The translations under genes were made by a program, and so were the position numbers. The notes beneath the pieces were generated by a model. The model was not told the DNA's origin and searched no databases. It saw only the letters and a list, made by a program, of their open reading frames with translations. Below, piece by piece: positions 9,915-18,454 of a stretch of DNA of 64,000 nt. Position 1 is the stretch's first letter. Each line of letters begins with the position of its first letter. The stretch is from Candidatus Limosilactobacillus faecipullorum (GTDB lineage: Bacteria > Bacillota > Bacilli > Lactobacillales > Lactobacillaceae). The stretch lies in the NCBI GenBank assembly GCA_019118465.1, contig DWYX01000018.1:6525-70524 (forward strand). Reading direction: 5' to 3'.

Positions 9915-10069
9915 TGATCTTGATCCTCATTGTCACTGACCTTTACCCGATTAATAAAAGTCTCTTCATTCTGCAACAAAATGGTCGTTGCGCAGATAAA
10001 GAGCACAACAAAACAAAGGGCAAAAAAGACCGTAATGATTGTTGCTAAATAAAAGAAAACCGTTGCCAT
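9911..10069 (-). CDS. 52-aa single-TM microprotein
   Basis: MATVFFYLATIITVFFALCFVVLFICATTILLQNEETFINRVKVSDNEDQDQ; TAATG overlap upstream and ATGA overlap downstream. Confidence 0.75.
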   Translation of the reverse strand: MATVFFYLATIITVFFALCFVVLFICATTILLQNEETFINRVKVSDNEDQDQ

Positions 10070-10920
10070 TATTGACCTTCTTTCAAATATTCGACTTTGA
10101 TTTCCGTTTCAAGCAAACGATTTAAATGGGCTTGGACCCGTTGGAAGTTTGGAAACTTAGTTAGGGTTTCGCGATCAATCGTCTGTGTGACCACCTTATC
10201 TTCCAACCCGTATGACCGAAGCAAATATCCTAGCTTTTCATCCTCCACTTGGTTAATTATTTCATAAACCGATTTTTCAAGGGAATACGAGATTACCAAA
10301 AAGCTCGTATTCCCTAAATAAAACAGGCGTTCACTTGGAAGACGGTAACGCTTCAAAAGATCAGCAATTGCAACCAAGATCCGTTGGTAATATTTTTCAT
10401 GAAATTGGCGGAATTGTCGGGTATCAACGTGGATCAACCGTAATTCCATTCTCAGTGGTAGTCGTGGATTTTCAAACATCGACCGGGCTTCATCTTGATA
10501 AAGCTTGGTGGCGTCTTCAACTCCCGGTAATTTAACGAGTGAGACATAGTGTTCCATGTACCTTTGGACCGCCCGGCTTTTAACGTTAAATCCCGACCAA
10601 TGGAACAGGTAATTTGCCACTCCTGTAATAAACAAGGCCTCAATTGGACCAGCAAAAATCAAAATTAACTTTTGACTGGTTGGCATTACAATATAGCCGA
10701 ATAAAAGGCTCGCTGTCCCAACTACAATCATGATTAAATTTAGCCAAACCGCAATCAAACTCGGTAAGACCAAGGGCGTAATGATTTCTAAACTTAAGAT
10801 GAGAGCTAAGCCAAGTCGAACATTGACTGGAAATTTCTGGGCAATCAGCATTAGCCAAACTAGTCCAATCAAAGTGGCAAAAAGTAACCACTTAGCTTTA
10901 TTAATCCGTTTTTGATTCAT
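10069..10920 (-). CDS. membrane protein with probable degenerate GGDEF-like domain (PssE-like)
   Basis: About 4 N-terminal TM helices; C-terminal D..QFRQF....Y..IL..IA..L and YLGNTSFLVI in place of RxGGDEF. Confidence 0.6.
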   Translation of the reverse strand: MNQKRINKAKWLLFATLIGLVWLMLIAQKFPVNVRLGLALILSLEIITPLVLPSLIAVWLNLIMIVVGTASLLFGYIVMPTSQKLILIFAGPIEALFITGVANYLFHWSGFNVKSRAVQRYMEHYVSLVKLPGVEDATKLYQDEARSMFENPRLPLRMELRLIHVDTRQFRQFHEKYYQRILVAIADLLKRYRLPSERLFYLGNTSFLVISYSLEKSVYEIINQVEDEKLGYLLRSYGLEDKVVTQTIDRETLTKFPNFQRVQAHLNRLLETEIKVEYLKEGQ

Positions 10921-10943
10921 GGTATTAAATTCTCTCCCAAGAT

Positions 10944-12077
10944 CTATTTAAAATCAGCTGGTCGGGGACCTTGATCAAAATATGCCCAAATTGCATCCAA
11001 AATTCGTTCACTAGCATGGCCATCTCCATAAGGATTCTTAGCATCGGCCATTGCTTGGTAATGATCATGATTGTTTAGCAAATCAAGCATTGCTTCAGTT
11101 ACTGCCCTTTTTTCTGTTCCAACTAAGCGTAAGGTGCCTGCCGTTACCCCCTCTGGCCGCTCGGTCGTATCGCGAAGTACCAAAACTGGTTTCCCTAAGC
11201 TTGGGGCCTCTTCTTGAACCCCACCAGAGTCCGTCATGATGAAGTATGACCGTTGGGCCAAGTTATGGAAGTCAACCACATCAAGGGGCTTGATTAAATG
11301 AATTTTGGGGTCATTACTGAGAATTTCATTTGCTACCGCTTGAACCCGAGGTGATAAGTGAACTGGGTAAACCATTTCAACATCATCTGCTTGATCGACA
11401 ACCGTCTTCATTGCCTGAAAAACTTGCCGCATTGGTTCCCCTTGGTTTTCTCGGCGATGCATCGTTACTAAAATCATCCGGTGCCCATTAGCGATTTGTT
11501 CTAAAACCGGGTGATGATATTCTGCAGTCACGGTTGATTGGAGCGCATCGATAGCAGTATTGCCAGTAACGTAAATCTGCTCTTTAGGATGGTTTTCAGT
11601 GAGTAAATTTTGGCGACTAAGGGTTGTTGGTGCAAAATATAGGCCACTTAAATCATCAGTCATTTGGCGATTCAATTCTTCCGGAAATGGCGAATACTTT
11701 TGCCAGGTTCGCAGGCCGGCTTCCACATGACCTAGTGGTACTTGTTGATAGAAACTAGCTAGCCCAGCCGCAAAACTCGTTGTCGTATCTCCATGAACTA
11801 AAACAAGATCTGGCTTTTCAGCTGCAATAATCATTTCCAATTTTAAAAGAACTTTAGCAGTAATTTGACCAAGAGTTTGATTAGGTTGCATGATGTTTAA
11901 ATCATAATCCGGTTTAATCTTAAAAATTTTCAAAACTTGATCAAGCATTTCCCGATGTTGAGCCGTTACAACTGTGATGGTTTCAAAGCGGGGATCAGCT
12001 TTTAATTTTAAAACCAAAGGTGCCATTTTAATCGCTTTTGGTCGCGTCCCAAAGACGGTCATAATCCTATATTTCAT
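10944..12077 (-). CDS. wecB: UDP-N-acetylglucosamine 2-epimerase (non-hydrolysing)
   Basis: VHGDT, HVEAGLR, PEE.NR, HRREN, DSGG.QEE and NPYGDG motifs; GGAGGAG RBS before ATG 12077; GTRPE reads GTRPK. Confidence 0.93.
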   Translation of the reverse strand: MKYRIMTVFGTRPKAIKMAPLVLKLKADPRFETITVVTAQHREMLDQVLKIFKIKPDYDLNIMQPNQTLGQITAKVLLKLEMIIAAEKPDLVLVHGDTTTSFAAGLASFYQQVPLGHVEAGLRTWQKYSPFPEELNRQMTDDLSGLYFAPTTLSRQNLLTENHPKEQIYVTGNTAIDALQSTVTAEYHHPVLEQIANGHRMILVTMHRRENQGEPMRQVFQAMKTVVDQADDVEMVYPVHLSPRVQAVANEILSNDPKIHLIKPLDVVDFHNLAQRSYFIMTDSGGVQEEAPSLGKPVLVLRDTTERPEGVTAGTLRLVGTEKRAVTEAMLDLLNNHDHYQAMADAKNPYGDGHASERILDAIWAYFDQGPRPADFK

Positions 12078-12093
12078 TTTCTCCTCCACACAT

Positions 12094-12135
12094 AAAAAAG
12101 CCTGGAAGAACAAGAATGTTTTCCCAGTTGCTTTT
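12094..12135 (-). terminator. imperfect terminator-like hairpin between pbp2b and wecB
   Basis: Minus strand AAAAGCAACTGGGAAAACA-TTCT-TGTTCTTCCAGGCTTTTTT. Confidence 0.55.
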
Positions 12136-12152
12136 AATAATCAATTTAAATT

Positions 12153-14213
12153 TTAATTGCTACTTGACTTTCCTGCAACATACTTCCAGTAAGCCGCGAA
12201 AATTTCCCGGGCCATGGTGATGTTTGCCCCACCATCATCGTTGGTTGAGCCCGGAATCGATAAGGCGACAACAACTTGGGGGTTGTTCGACGGTGCATAA
12301 CCAGCAAAACTAAGCGTCGTCGTTTCGTGACCTTCCGAAACGGTTTCCGCCGTCCCGGTCTTCCCAGAAATCGAAGGCGTAACATCCTTTAACTTTCCAG
12401 CCGTAACGTAGGTGTTTGTTCCGTGCGTAACCAAGTATAAACCTTGCTGAATCAAGTTAAAGTATGATTTTGGCGCATCAATTACTGCCTGGACTTGTGG
12501 TTCGGTTTCGGATTGGACCTTTCCTAAGGAACCATCTGCTTTCGTTTCCCGAATCTGTTTAACAACATATGGACGTAACTTATAACCACCATTTGCAATT
12601 GTTGACATGTATTGGGCTAATTGCATAACCGTGTAAGCATCGTAGTTCCCGTAGGACAAGTCAAGAGCGCTCCCAATATGGGATTGGTCGGAAGCACCTT
12701 TGTAGCCAACCGTTTCTCCCGGCAAATCAACCCCGGTCTTAACCCCAAGGCCGAACATATTGTAGTAGTAACGCATCTTCGTAAAAATACTTGGTTTTAA
12801 AGTGATTTGAGTATCATATGAATACTTCATTCCGCCAATCTTCATCAAAACCTGCATCATGTATGAGTTTGATGAAACTTCAAGAGCTTCCGGAGCCGTC
12901 AGAGCCATACTTGCACTCCCGGACTTATTGAACCAGGAGGCCTTGACCGAAGTTCCGGCAACCTTAATTGGTTTATCCGTTAAAACATTGTTTGTCGGCG
13001 TAATCACTCCGGTCATCAATCCGGCCATCAAGGTTGCAGGCTTAACAACTGACCCTAAAACAATTGGGTGGTTAATTGCCCCAATTTGGTCGACGGTTTC
13101 TTTGCCCGTCTTTGGGTTTCGGTCAATCCCAGCCATAGCATAAATTGCCCCAGTGTTTGGATTCATGACTACCGCATAAACCCCGGAAGAGTAAGCATTT
13201 CCGGCTGAACTGTAGTTACTTTCCAAAATGCTTTGAACTTTCTTTTGGAATTCACCGTTAATGGTAAGGACTAAATTGTCCCCCTTCTTACCGGCATACT
13301 TAAGCTTCGTAGTCGTTTTATTTCCCGTTGTCGATACTTCGGTTTGCGACTTTGAACCCGCCAAGGTTGCCTGGAAAAGTTTTTCCAAGTATGAAGCCCC
13401 GACATTGTCATTTCGCGAATAACCTTGGGCTAACAATTCATTTTGGGTATCACTTGGAAGCCCGGTCGTCGTAACGGTTCCAACTAAGGATTGAATATCT
13501 TTCCCTTGAGGATAATTCCGGGTCCAAGCAGTCCCAATCTTTACCCCTGGCAATTCACTAAGGTGCTCCCCAACCCTAGAAAGCTCCTTAGCTGTCACTC
13601 CAGTCGCCTTAATATTAATGGTGGATAAAGAATAAGCCCCACTCATTGCCCCGTAGATCATCGCTTTATTCTTCTCAGTTTTATCAAGATGGAAGAAACG
13701 TGGATGACGGTTTAGATACTTAACCGCATCTTCGTAAGAATCCGTCGCTCCTTCTTGGATATGTGCGGTCTTTTCAACCTTTTTAAGGTGACTGGTATCT
13801 GCTAAGTAGTAATCAATCTGGTTACGGTCCGTCAACCGTTCTGTATTAACCTTAATGTAATTACCGAGACGATTTGCAACCTTGTACATATCAGTATCGG
13901 TAACATTTGACCCCTTCGTATACGTGATTGCCTGATGGGCTTGGTTACCAACTAATACCTTCCCAGTCGAATCATAGATCATCCCCCGCTGAACGTTATT
14001 TGTTTCGGTGGTGGTGTCCGACTGTTTAACTAAAGCCTTATAGGAGGTCCCATTTAAAACTTGTAAATAAAATAACCGGACCCCGAGGGCCAGTAATAGC
14101 AAGGCAACAATCCATAATAACAGATTTAACCGAAAAGGAATGGCAGATTGAGAAGTTTGCCGTTTTTCGTTTTCTTGATTAAAGATGCCTTTAAAACGTT
14201 TGAATAAGTTCAC
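12153..14213 (-). CDS. pbp2b: class B penicillin-binding protein 2B
   Basis: RGMIYD, SVVK, SSN and KTG motifs; probable GTG start at 14213 after GAGGAG. Confidence 0.92.
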   Translation of the reverse strand: MNLFKRFKGIFNQENEKRQTSQSAIPFRLNLLLWIVALLLLALGVRLFYLQVLNGTSYKALVKQSDTTTETNNVQRGMIYDSTGKVLVGNQAHQAITYTKGSNVTDTDMYKVANRLGNYIKVNTERLTDRNQIDYYLADTSHLKKVEKTAHIQEGATDSYEDAVKYLNRHPRFFHLDKTEKNKAMIYGAMSGAYSLSTINIKATGVTAKELSRVGEHLSELPGVKIGTAWTRNYPQGKDIQSLVGTVTTTGLPSDTQNELLAQGYSRNDNVGASYLEKLFQATLAGSKSQTEVSTTGNKTTTKLKYAGKKGDNLVLTINGEFQKKVQSILESNYSSAGNAYSSGVYAVVMNPNTGAIYAMAGIDRNPKTGKETVDQIGAINHPIVLGSVVKPATLMAGLMTGVITPTNNVLTDKPIKVAGTSVKASWFNKSGSASMALTAPEALEVSSNSYMMQVLMKIGGMKYSYDTQITLKPSIFTKMRYYYNMFGLGVKTGVDLPGETVGYKGASDQSHIGSALDLSYGNYDAYTVMQLAQYMSTIANGGYKLRPYVVKQIRETKADGSLGKVQSETEPQVQAVIDAPKSYFNLIQQGLYLVTHGTNTYVTAGKLKDVTPSISGKTGTAETVSEGHETTTLSFAGYAPSNNPQVVVALSIPGSTNDDGGANITMAREIFAAYWKYVAGKSSSN

Positions 14214-14481
14214 AATCGATTCTCCTCGTAATTCGAATGCTGTTATTCTACCAAATAATTGGCCATTTGTCCGCATTCAAAATTCCTCATTAACCACTCA
14301 ATCTTACTCTTTATTTTCTTTCAGAGGTAGTGCTTTTAAGAAATTTTAATTTCAAGACTTCCTCACATTTTCGGTTTATAATGATGATCAGCTAAATTGA
14401 AAACGGAGAAAGTCGAAACCTTACTTTCTTTGTTAACTCACAAATATTAATTTTCAAATTTTTACTGGAAGGACGGTTACT

Positions 14482-17100
14482 TTGAAAAAGTCATTTTTCC
14501 AACGCCAATGGGATTTATTACTTTGTTTTAGCATTCCAATTGTGATTATGGGAGCCTACTTTGCGAGTCGTGGGATGGCTCCTTTTGGTTCAAGCTCAAT
14601 TTTGACAGTCGATCTTGGTCAACAATACGTTGATTTCTTCGCTTATTTACGGACTAGTCTCTTACACCACCCAAGCGGTTTTTTATATTCGTTTAGTAAA
14701 GGTTTAGGCGGTGAGATGTGGGGGACAAATGCTTATTACTTATTAAGTCCACTAAACTTAGTCTTACTTGCCTTTCCAAAGCAATGGTTGACCAGTGGTA
14801 TTCTCCTGTTACTCCTTTTGAAATATGGCTTTGCTGGTCTTAGTATGGGGTGGCTCTTAAAGCGAGAGAAGATTCAAACCGGCATCCGCCTAAGTGTCTT
14901 CAGCACCTCCTACGCCTTAATGGGTTGGATGATTGCCAACCAATTGAACTTGCTCTGGCTTGATGTTTTAGCCCTCTTACCGCTAGTCATTTACGGGTTA
15001 ATCAAAATTACACGGCAAGAAAGTTGGTTTCCATATCTTGGGTGGCTTACCCTTCTAATAATTGATAATTACTACATGGCCTGGATGGTTTGCTTGTTCT
15101 CCATTCTTTTTATGATCTGGCAACTTTCTCGGATTCGGCCAAAGAAAGCAAGCCTTTTGAAAATCGTTATCACTTACCTTTTGACTTCTTTAGCAAGTGT
15201 AGGTTTGAGCGCCGTTATTCTTCTACCAACGGTAAGTGCTCTCCTCAGTAGTAAGGGAACTTATACAGAAACCCAAATTAAATGGAAGCTTGAATATCAA
15301 CCAATTAAGGAATTGGCAAAGCTAGTTCCCGGAGCCTTTAATTTTAATCAAATGCCAAGTGGCCAGGCAAATATCTATGTGGGGATGCTAGTCCTCTGCG
15401 GGGCTGTTTTATATTTCTTCGTCAATCAAGATCGGTGGCCAAGTAAAGTAAGCGCCGGTGGCATCCTCGTTTTCTTGATTGCCTCCTTTACCTTGCAACC
15501 CCTTGATTTACTCTGGCACCTCGGCCAGTTCCCGGTCTGGTACCCCGCCCGCTTTTCGTACCTCCTATCATTTTGGTTGGTTTGGTTAGCTGCCCTCACG
15601 CTCAAGCCAGGCTTAGAAATTAAAGCTTGGCTCCTAATAGTTTTAGCTACCAGCGCAATAATAATTACAATTATCAATTGGCATTTGGCAAGGGATCTCA
15701 GTTACATTAAACCGCTAACAATTGCTATTGGCTTAGGATTTGCTCTCGTCGCCATAATCTTTTTATATTTAGAGCCACTCCGGTTACCTTTTTTCAACCT
15801 TGCCCTTGTTAGTCTGGTAATCTTTGACCTTGGGTATAACGCAGTCAGTTCCTTAAATAATATTTCTTACGTTAGTCAAGCTCAATTTGCGGACTACACC
15901 TTGCCACTTGATCAAGTTAGTGAACAAACCAAAAAGCATGACGCTAGCTTTTACCGAGTGGCTAAGGATTTCATGCGAACGAAGGATGACCCCTTTCAAG
16001 GGGACTTCTTCACTGGTGATAATTTTGGTTCAACCATGGAACCGATTGTTTCAAAATTTGTCCAAGCAATTGGCCAACCTGGGGGAGACGGCTTTATTAC
16101 CTATTCAAACGGTACCCCAGTTACGGATTCATTGTTTGGGTTTAAGTACTTCTGGTTAGCCCGTCACCAGGGACAAAATTTACAAAATAATCAAGTTCTT
16201 CCTTTAACCGCTTCCCGACCAGATTGGTTACGGCAAAAAACGGTTTTCCAAACGAAAGAAGTCACGGTAAAAAAGAATAAGTGGGCCCTCCCAATTGCCT
16301 TTGGAGCTAGTGATCAAGTTAAACGGCAAAAGTTTCTAACCTTAGATCCCCTTGCCTACCAATCTCAGCTTTATCAAGCCCTCGCCGGTAAGAAAGCTGA
16401 GCAAAACTTATTCACCGTCCAAAACTTTGATCACGTTGAGTTTGTTAACCTCTCAACAAGTGAACAAATCACTGGCGTGACGGTAAAACGGCAACGACTT
16501 CTTGCCCCAGCGCAATTAACATTAACGATCAAGCCACAAACTAACGATCCGTATTACCTAACCTTAGGGGCTGCTCTTAAAGATACAGCAAACATCACAA
16601 TTAACGGTGATCCGCTGAATCAATATGCCACTTACCAAAATACGATTGTGACAACCATTGCCGATCACAAAAAAGGAAAAACCGTCAAAGTCACAATTAG
16701 TCTTAAAAAGGCTAGCTTATGGCTCCAAAACGTTAGCCTCTACCGTTTAAACACTAAGGCTTTCAAAGCTAGTGCTAACCGCCTCCAAGCTGAACCCCTT
16801 AAGATTACTAGTTGGCGCCAAAATCAAATCAAGGGAACGATTCATCTTAAGCAATCACATCAACTTATCATGACCACTATTCCATATGCCAAGGGCTGGC
16901 AGATCAAACTCGATGGGCACCAGGTTAAGCCAATCAAAATCGCCGGAGCTTTAATGGCAATTCCAGCAACTAAAGGGACTCATCAATTAACGCTGACCTA
17001 TTGGCCACCACTCCTCAATCTTGGGATTATGATTAGTTTAGCTTCCCTAGTTGGGATTATCCTAGGATATCTTTGGCGACGGAAAAAGTTTCGTCGTTAG
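14482..17100 (+). CDS. yfhO: YfhO-family membrane GT-C glycosyltransferase
   Basis: DLGQQY, YYLLSP, WYPARFS and TTIPY..GW motifs; many TM segments. Confidence 0.88.
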   Translation: MKKSFFQRQWDLLLCFSIPIVIMGAYFASRGMAPFGSSSILTVDLGQQYVDFFAYLRTSLLHHPSGFLYSFSKGLGGEMWGTNAYYLLSPLNLVLLAFPKQWLTSGILLLLLLKYGFAGLSMGWLLKREKIQTGIRLSVFSTSYALMGWMIANQLNLLWLDVLALLPLVIYGLIKITRQESWFPYLGWLTLLIIDNYYMAWMVCLFSILFMIWQLSRIRPKKASLLKIVITYLLTSLASVGLSAVILLPTVSALLSSKGTYTETQIKWKLEYQPIKELAKLVPGAFNFNQMPSGQANIYVGMLVLCGAVLYFFVNQDRWPSKVSAGGILVFLIASFTLQPLDLLWHLGQFPVWYPARFSYLLSFWLVWLAALTLKPGLEIKAWLLIVLATSAIIITIINWHLARDLSYIKPLTIAIGLGFALVAIIFLYLEPLRLPFFNLALVSLVIFDLGYNAVSSLNNISYVSQAQFADYTLPLDQVSEQTKKHDASFYRVAKDFMRTKDDPFQGDFFTGDNFGSTMEPIVSKFVQAIGQPGGDGFITYSNGTPVTDSLFGFKYFWLARHQGQNLQNNQVLPLTASRPDWLRQKTVFQTKEVTVKKNKWALPIAFGASDQVKRQKFLTLDPLAYQSQLYQALAGKKAEQNLFTVQNFDHVEFVNLSTSEQITGVTVKRQRLLAPAQLTLTIKPQTNDPYYLTLGAALKDTANITINGDPLNQYATYQNTIVTTIADHKKGKTVKVTISLKKASLWLQNVSLYRLNTKAFKASANRLQAEPLKITSWRQNQIKGTIHLKQSHQLIMTTIPYAKGWQIKLDGHQVKPIKIAGALMAIPATKGTHQLTLTYWPPLLNLGIMISLASLVGIILGYLWRRKKFRR

Positions 17101-17130
17101 TCAGTCTTTCAAAATTTGATCAATAACCAA

Positions 17131-17228
17131 AAAAAGGACCAAGAAGAAACGTAAAATTTCTTCTTGGTCCTTTATCGTATCTCCAAATGTTACTCAGAAA
17201 CTACGGTCAGAAAGGTTCCCTTTCACCC
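17131..17228 (+). repeat. internally deleted copy of the MITE-like repeat; hairpin also acts as a bidirectional terminator
   Basis: AAAGGACCAAGAAGAAA/TTTCTTCTTGGTCCTTT, then GTATCTCCAAATGTTACTCAGAAACTACGGTCA (matches 1261-1294 and the 43246 copy), then a right-end-like GAAAGGTTCCCTTTCACC. Confidence 0.6.
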
Positions 17229-17230
17229 TA

Positions 17231-17707
17231 CTATTTAACAGACAAAATCTTAACCTTCATCGTTCCAGATGGGATTTCGACTTCAACCTCTTCACCGACT
17301 TTGTGACCCAAAAGGCCCTTTGCCATTGGTGATTCATTTGAAATCTTACCGTTCATTGGGTCAGATTCTGATTCCCCGACAATTGTGTAAGTTTCTGGTT
17401 CTTCGTCAGGTAATTCTTGGAAAGTGATTTCCCGGCCCATTGAAACTTCATCCTTGGCAACCGCATCATTATCAATGATTACGGCATATTGGAGCATAGT
17501 CTCAATTTGGCTAATCCGCCCTTCAACAAAGGCTTGTTCATCCTTTGCAGATTCATATTCAGAGTTTTCGGAAAGGTCCCCGTAACTCCGCGCAATTTTA
17601 ATCCGGTTAATAACTTCTGGCCGCCGCTTTAAACGAAGATCTTCTAGTTCTTGTTCGAGCTTGTGCTTTCCTTCTTCCGTCATTGGGAAGCTTTTTTCTT
17701 CTGCCAT
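17231..17707 (-). CDS. greA: transcription elongation factor GreA
   Basis: [13 protein letters not shown] and ISNESP motifs. Confidence 0.97.
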   Translation of the reverse strand: MAEEKSFPMTEEGKHKLEQELEDLRLKRRPEVINRIKIARSYGDLSENSEYESAKDEQAFVEGRISQIETMLQYAVIIDNDAVAKDEVSMGREITFQELPDEEPETYTIVGESESDPMNGKISNESPMAKGLLGHKVGEEVEVEIPSGTMKVKILSVK

Positions 17708-17781
17708 TTCCGCAACATCCTTTCGTTTAAATTATACTGTGAAACATTATCACGTTAGCAATTAGATTGCAACTTTTATTT

Positions 17782-18432
17782 TTATTCGATCGTCAAATGC
17801 CCGCGCTTAGCCAGAACATCACGAACCTTTGTCGTCAAGATATCAATGGCAACATGGTTTTGACCACCTTCGGGAACAATAATGTCGGCATACCGCTTAG
17901 TTGGTTCGATAAATTGATGGTACATCGGCTTAACCGTTTTTAAATATTGGGAAATAATTGAATCAAGGGTCCGTCCTCGTTCTTTCATATCCCGTTGGAT
18001 CCGCCGTAAAATCCGAATATCATCATCGGCATCAACATAAACCTTAATATCCATCAGGTCGCGGAGGCGTTCATCATCAAGGATTAAAATCCCTTCCAAA
18101 ATAATGACATCTTGGGGTTCAACATGAACTGTCTTAGCAGACCGCGTATATTCTTTGTAATCATAGACTGGCATTTCAATGGATTGATTATGCCGCAGTG
18201 CATCTAGTTGTTGAATTAACAAGTCGGTGTCAAAGGCTAATGGATGGTCATAGTTGACCGCTTTCCGTTCTTCCATTGTCATCATTGCTTGATCGTTGTA
18301 GTAAGTGTCTTGATTAATAATTTGAATTGATTGACCCTTCAAATTATCATAAATCGCCTGTGAAACCGTGGTCTTACCGCTCCCAGAACCACCAGTTACT
18401 CCAATTACAATTGGCCGCTTGTCTTCGCTCAT
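17782..18432 (-). CDS. udk: uridine kinase
   Basis: [13 protein letters not shown] and EPTKRYAD motifs. Confidence 0.96.
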   Translation of the reverse strand: MSEDKRPIVIGVTGGSGSGKTTVSQAIYDNLKGQSIQIINQDTYYNDQAMMTMEERKAVNYDHPLAFDTDLLIQQLDALRHNQSIEMPVYDYKEYTRSAKTVHVEPQDVIILEGILILDDERLRDLMDIKVYVDADDDIRILRRIQRDMKERGRTLDSIISQYLKTVKPMYHQFIEPTKRYADIIVPEGGQNHVAIDILTTKVRDVLAKRGHLTIE

Positions 18433-18454
18433 TATTTTCCTCTCATTCTATCCA

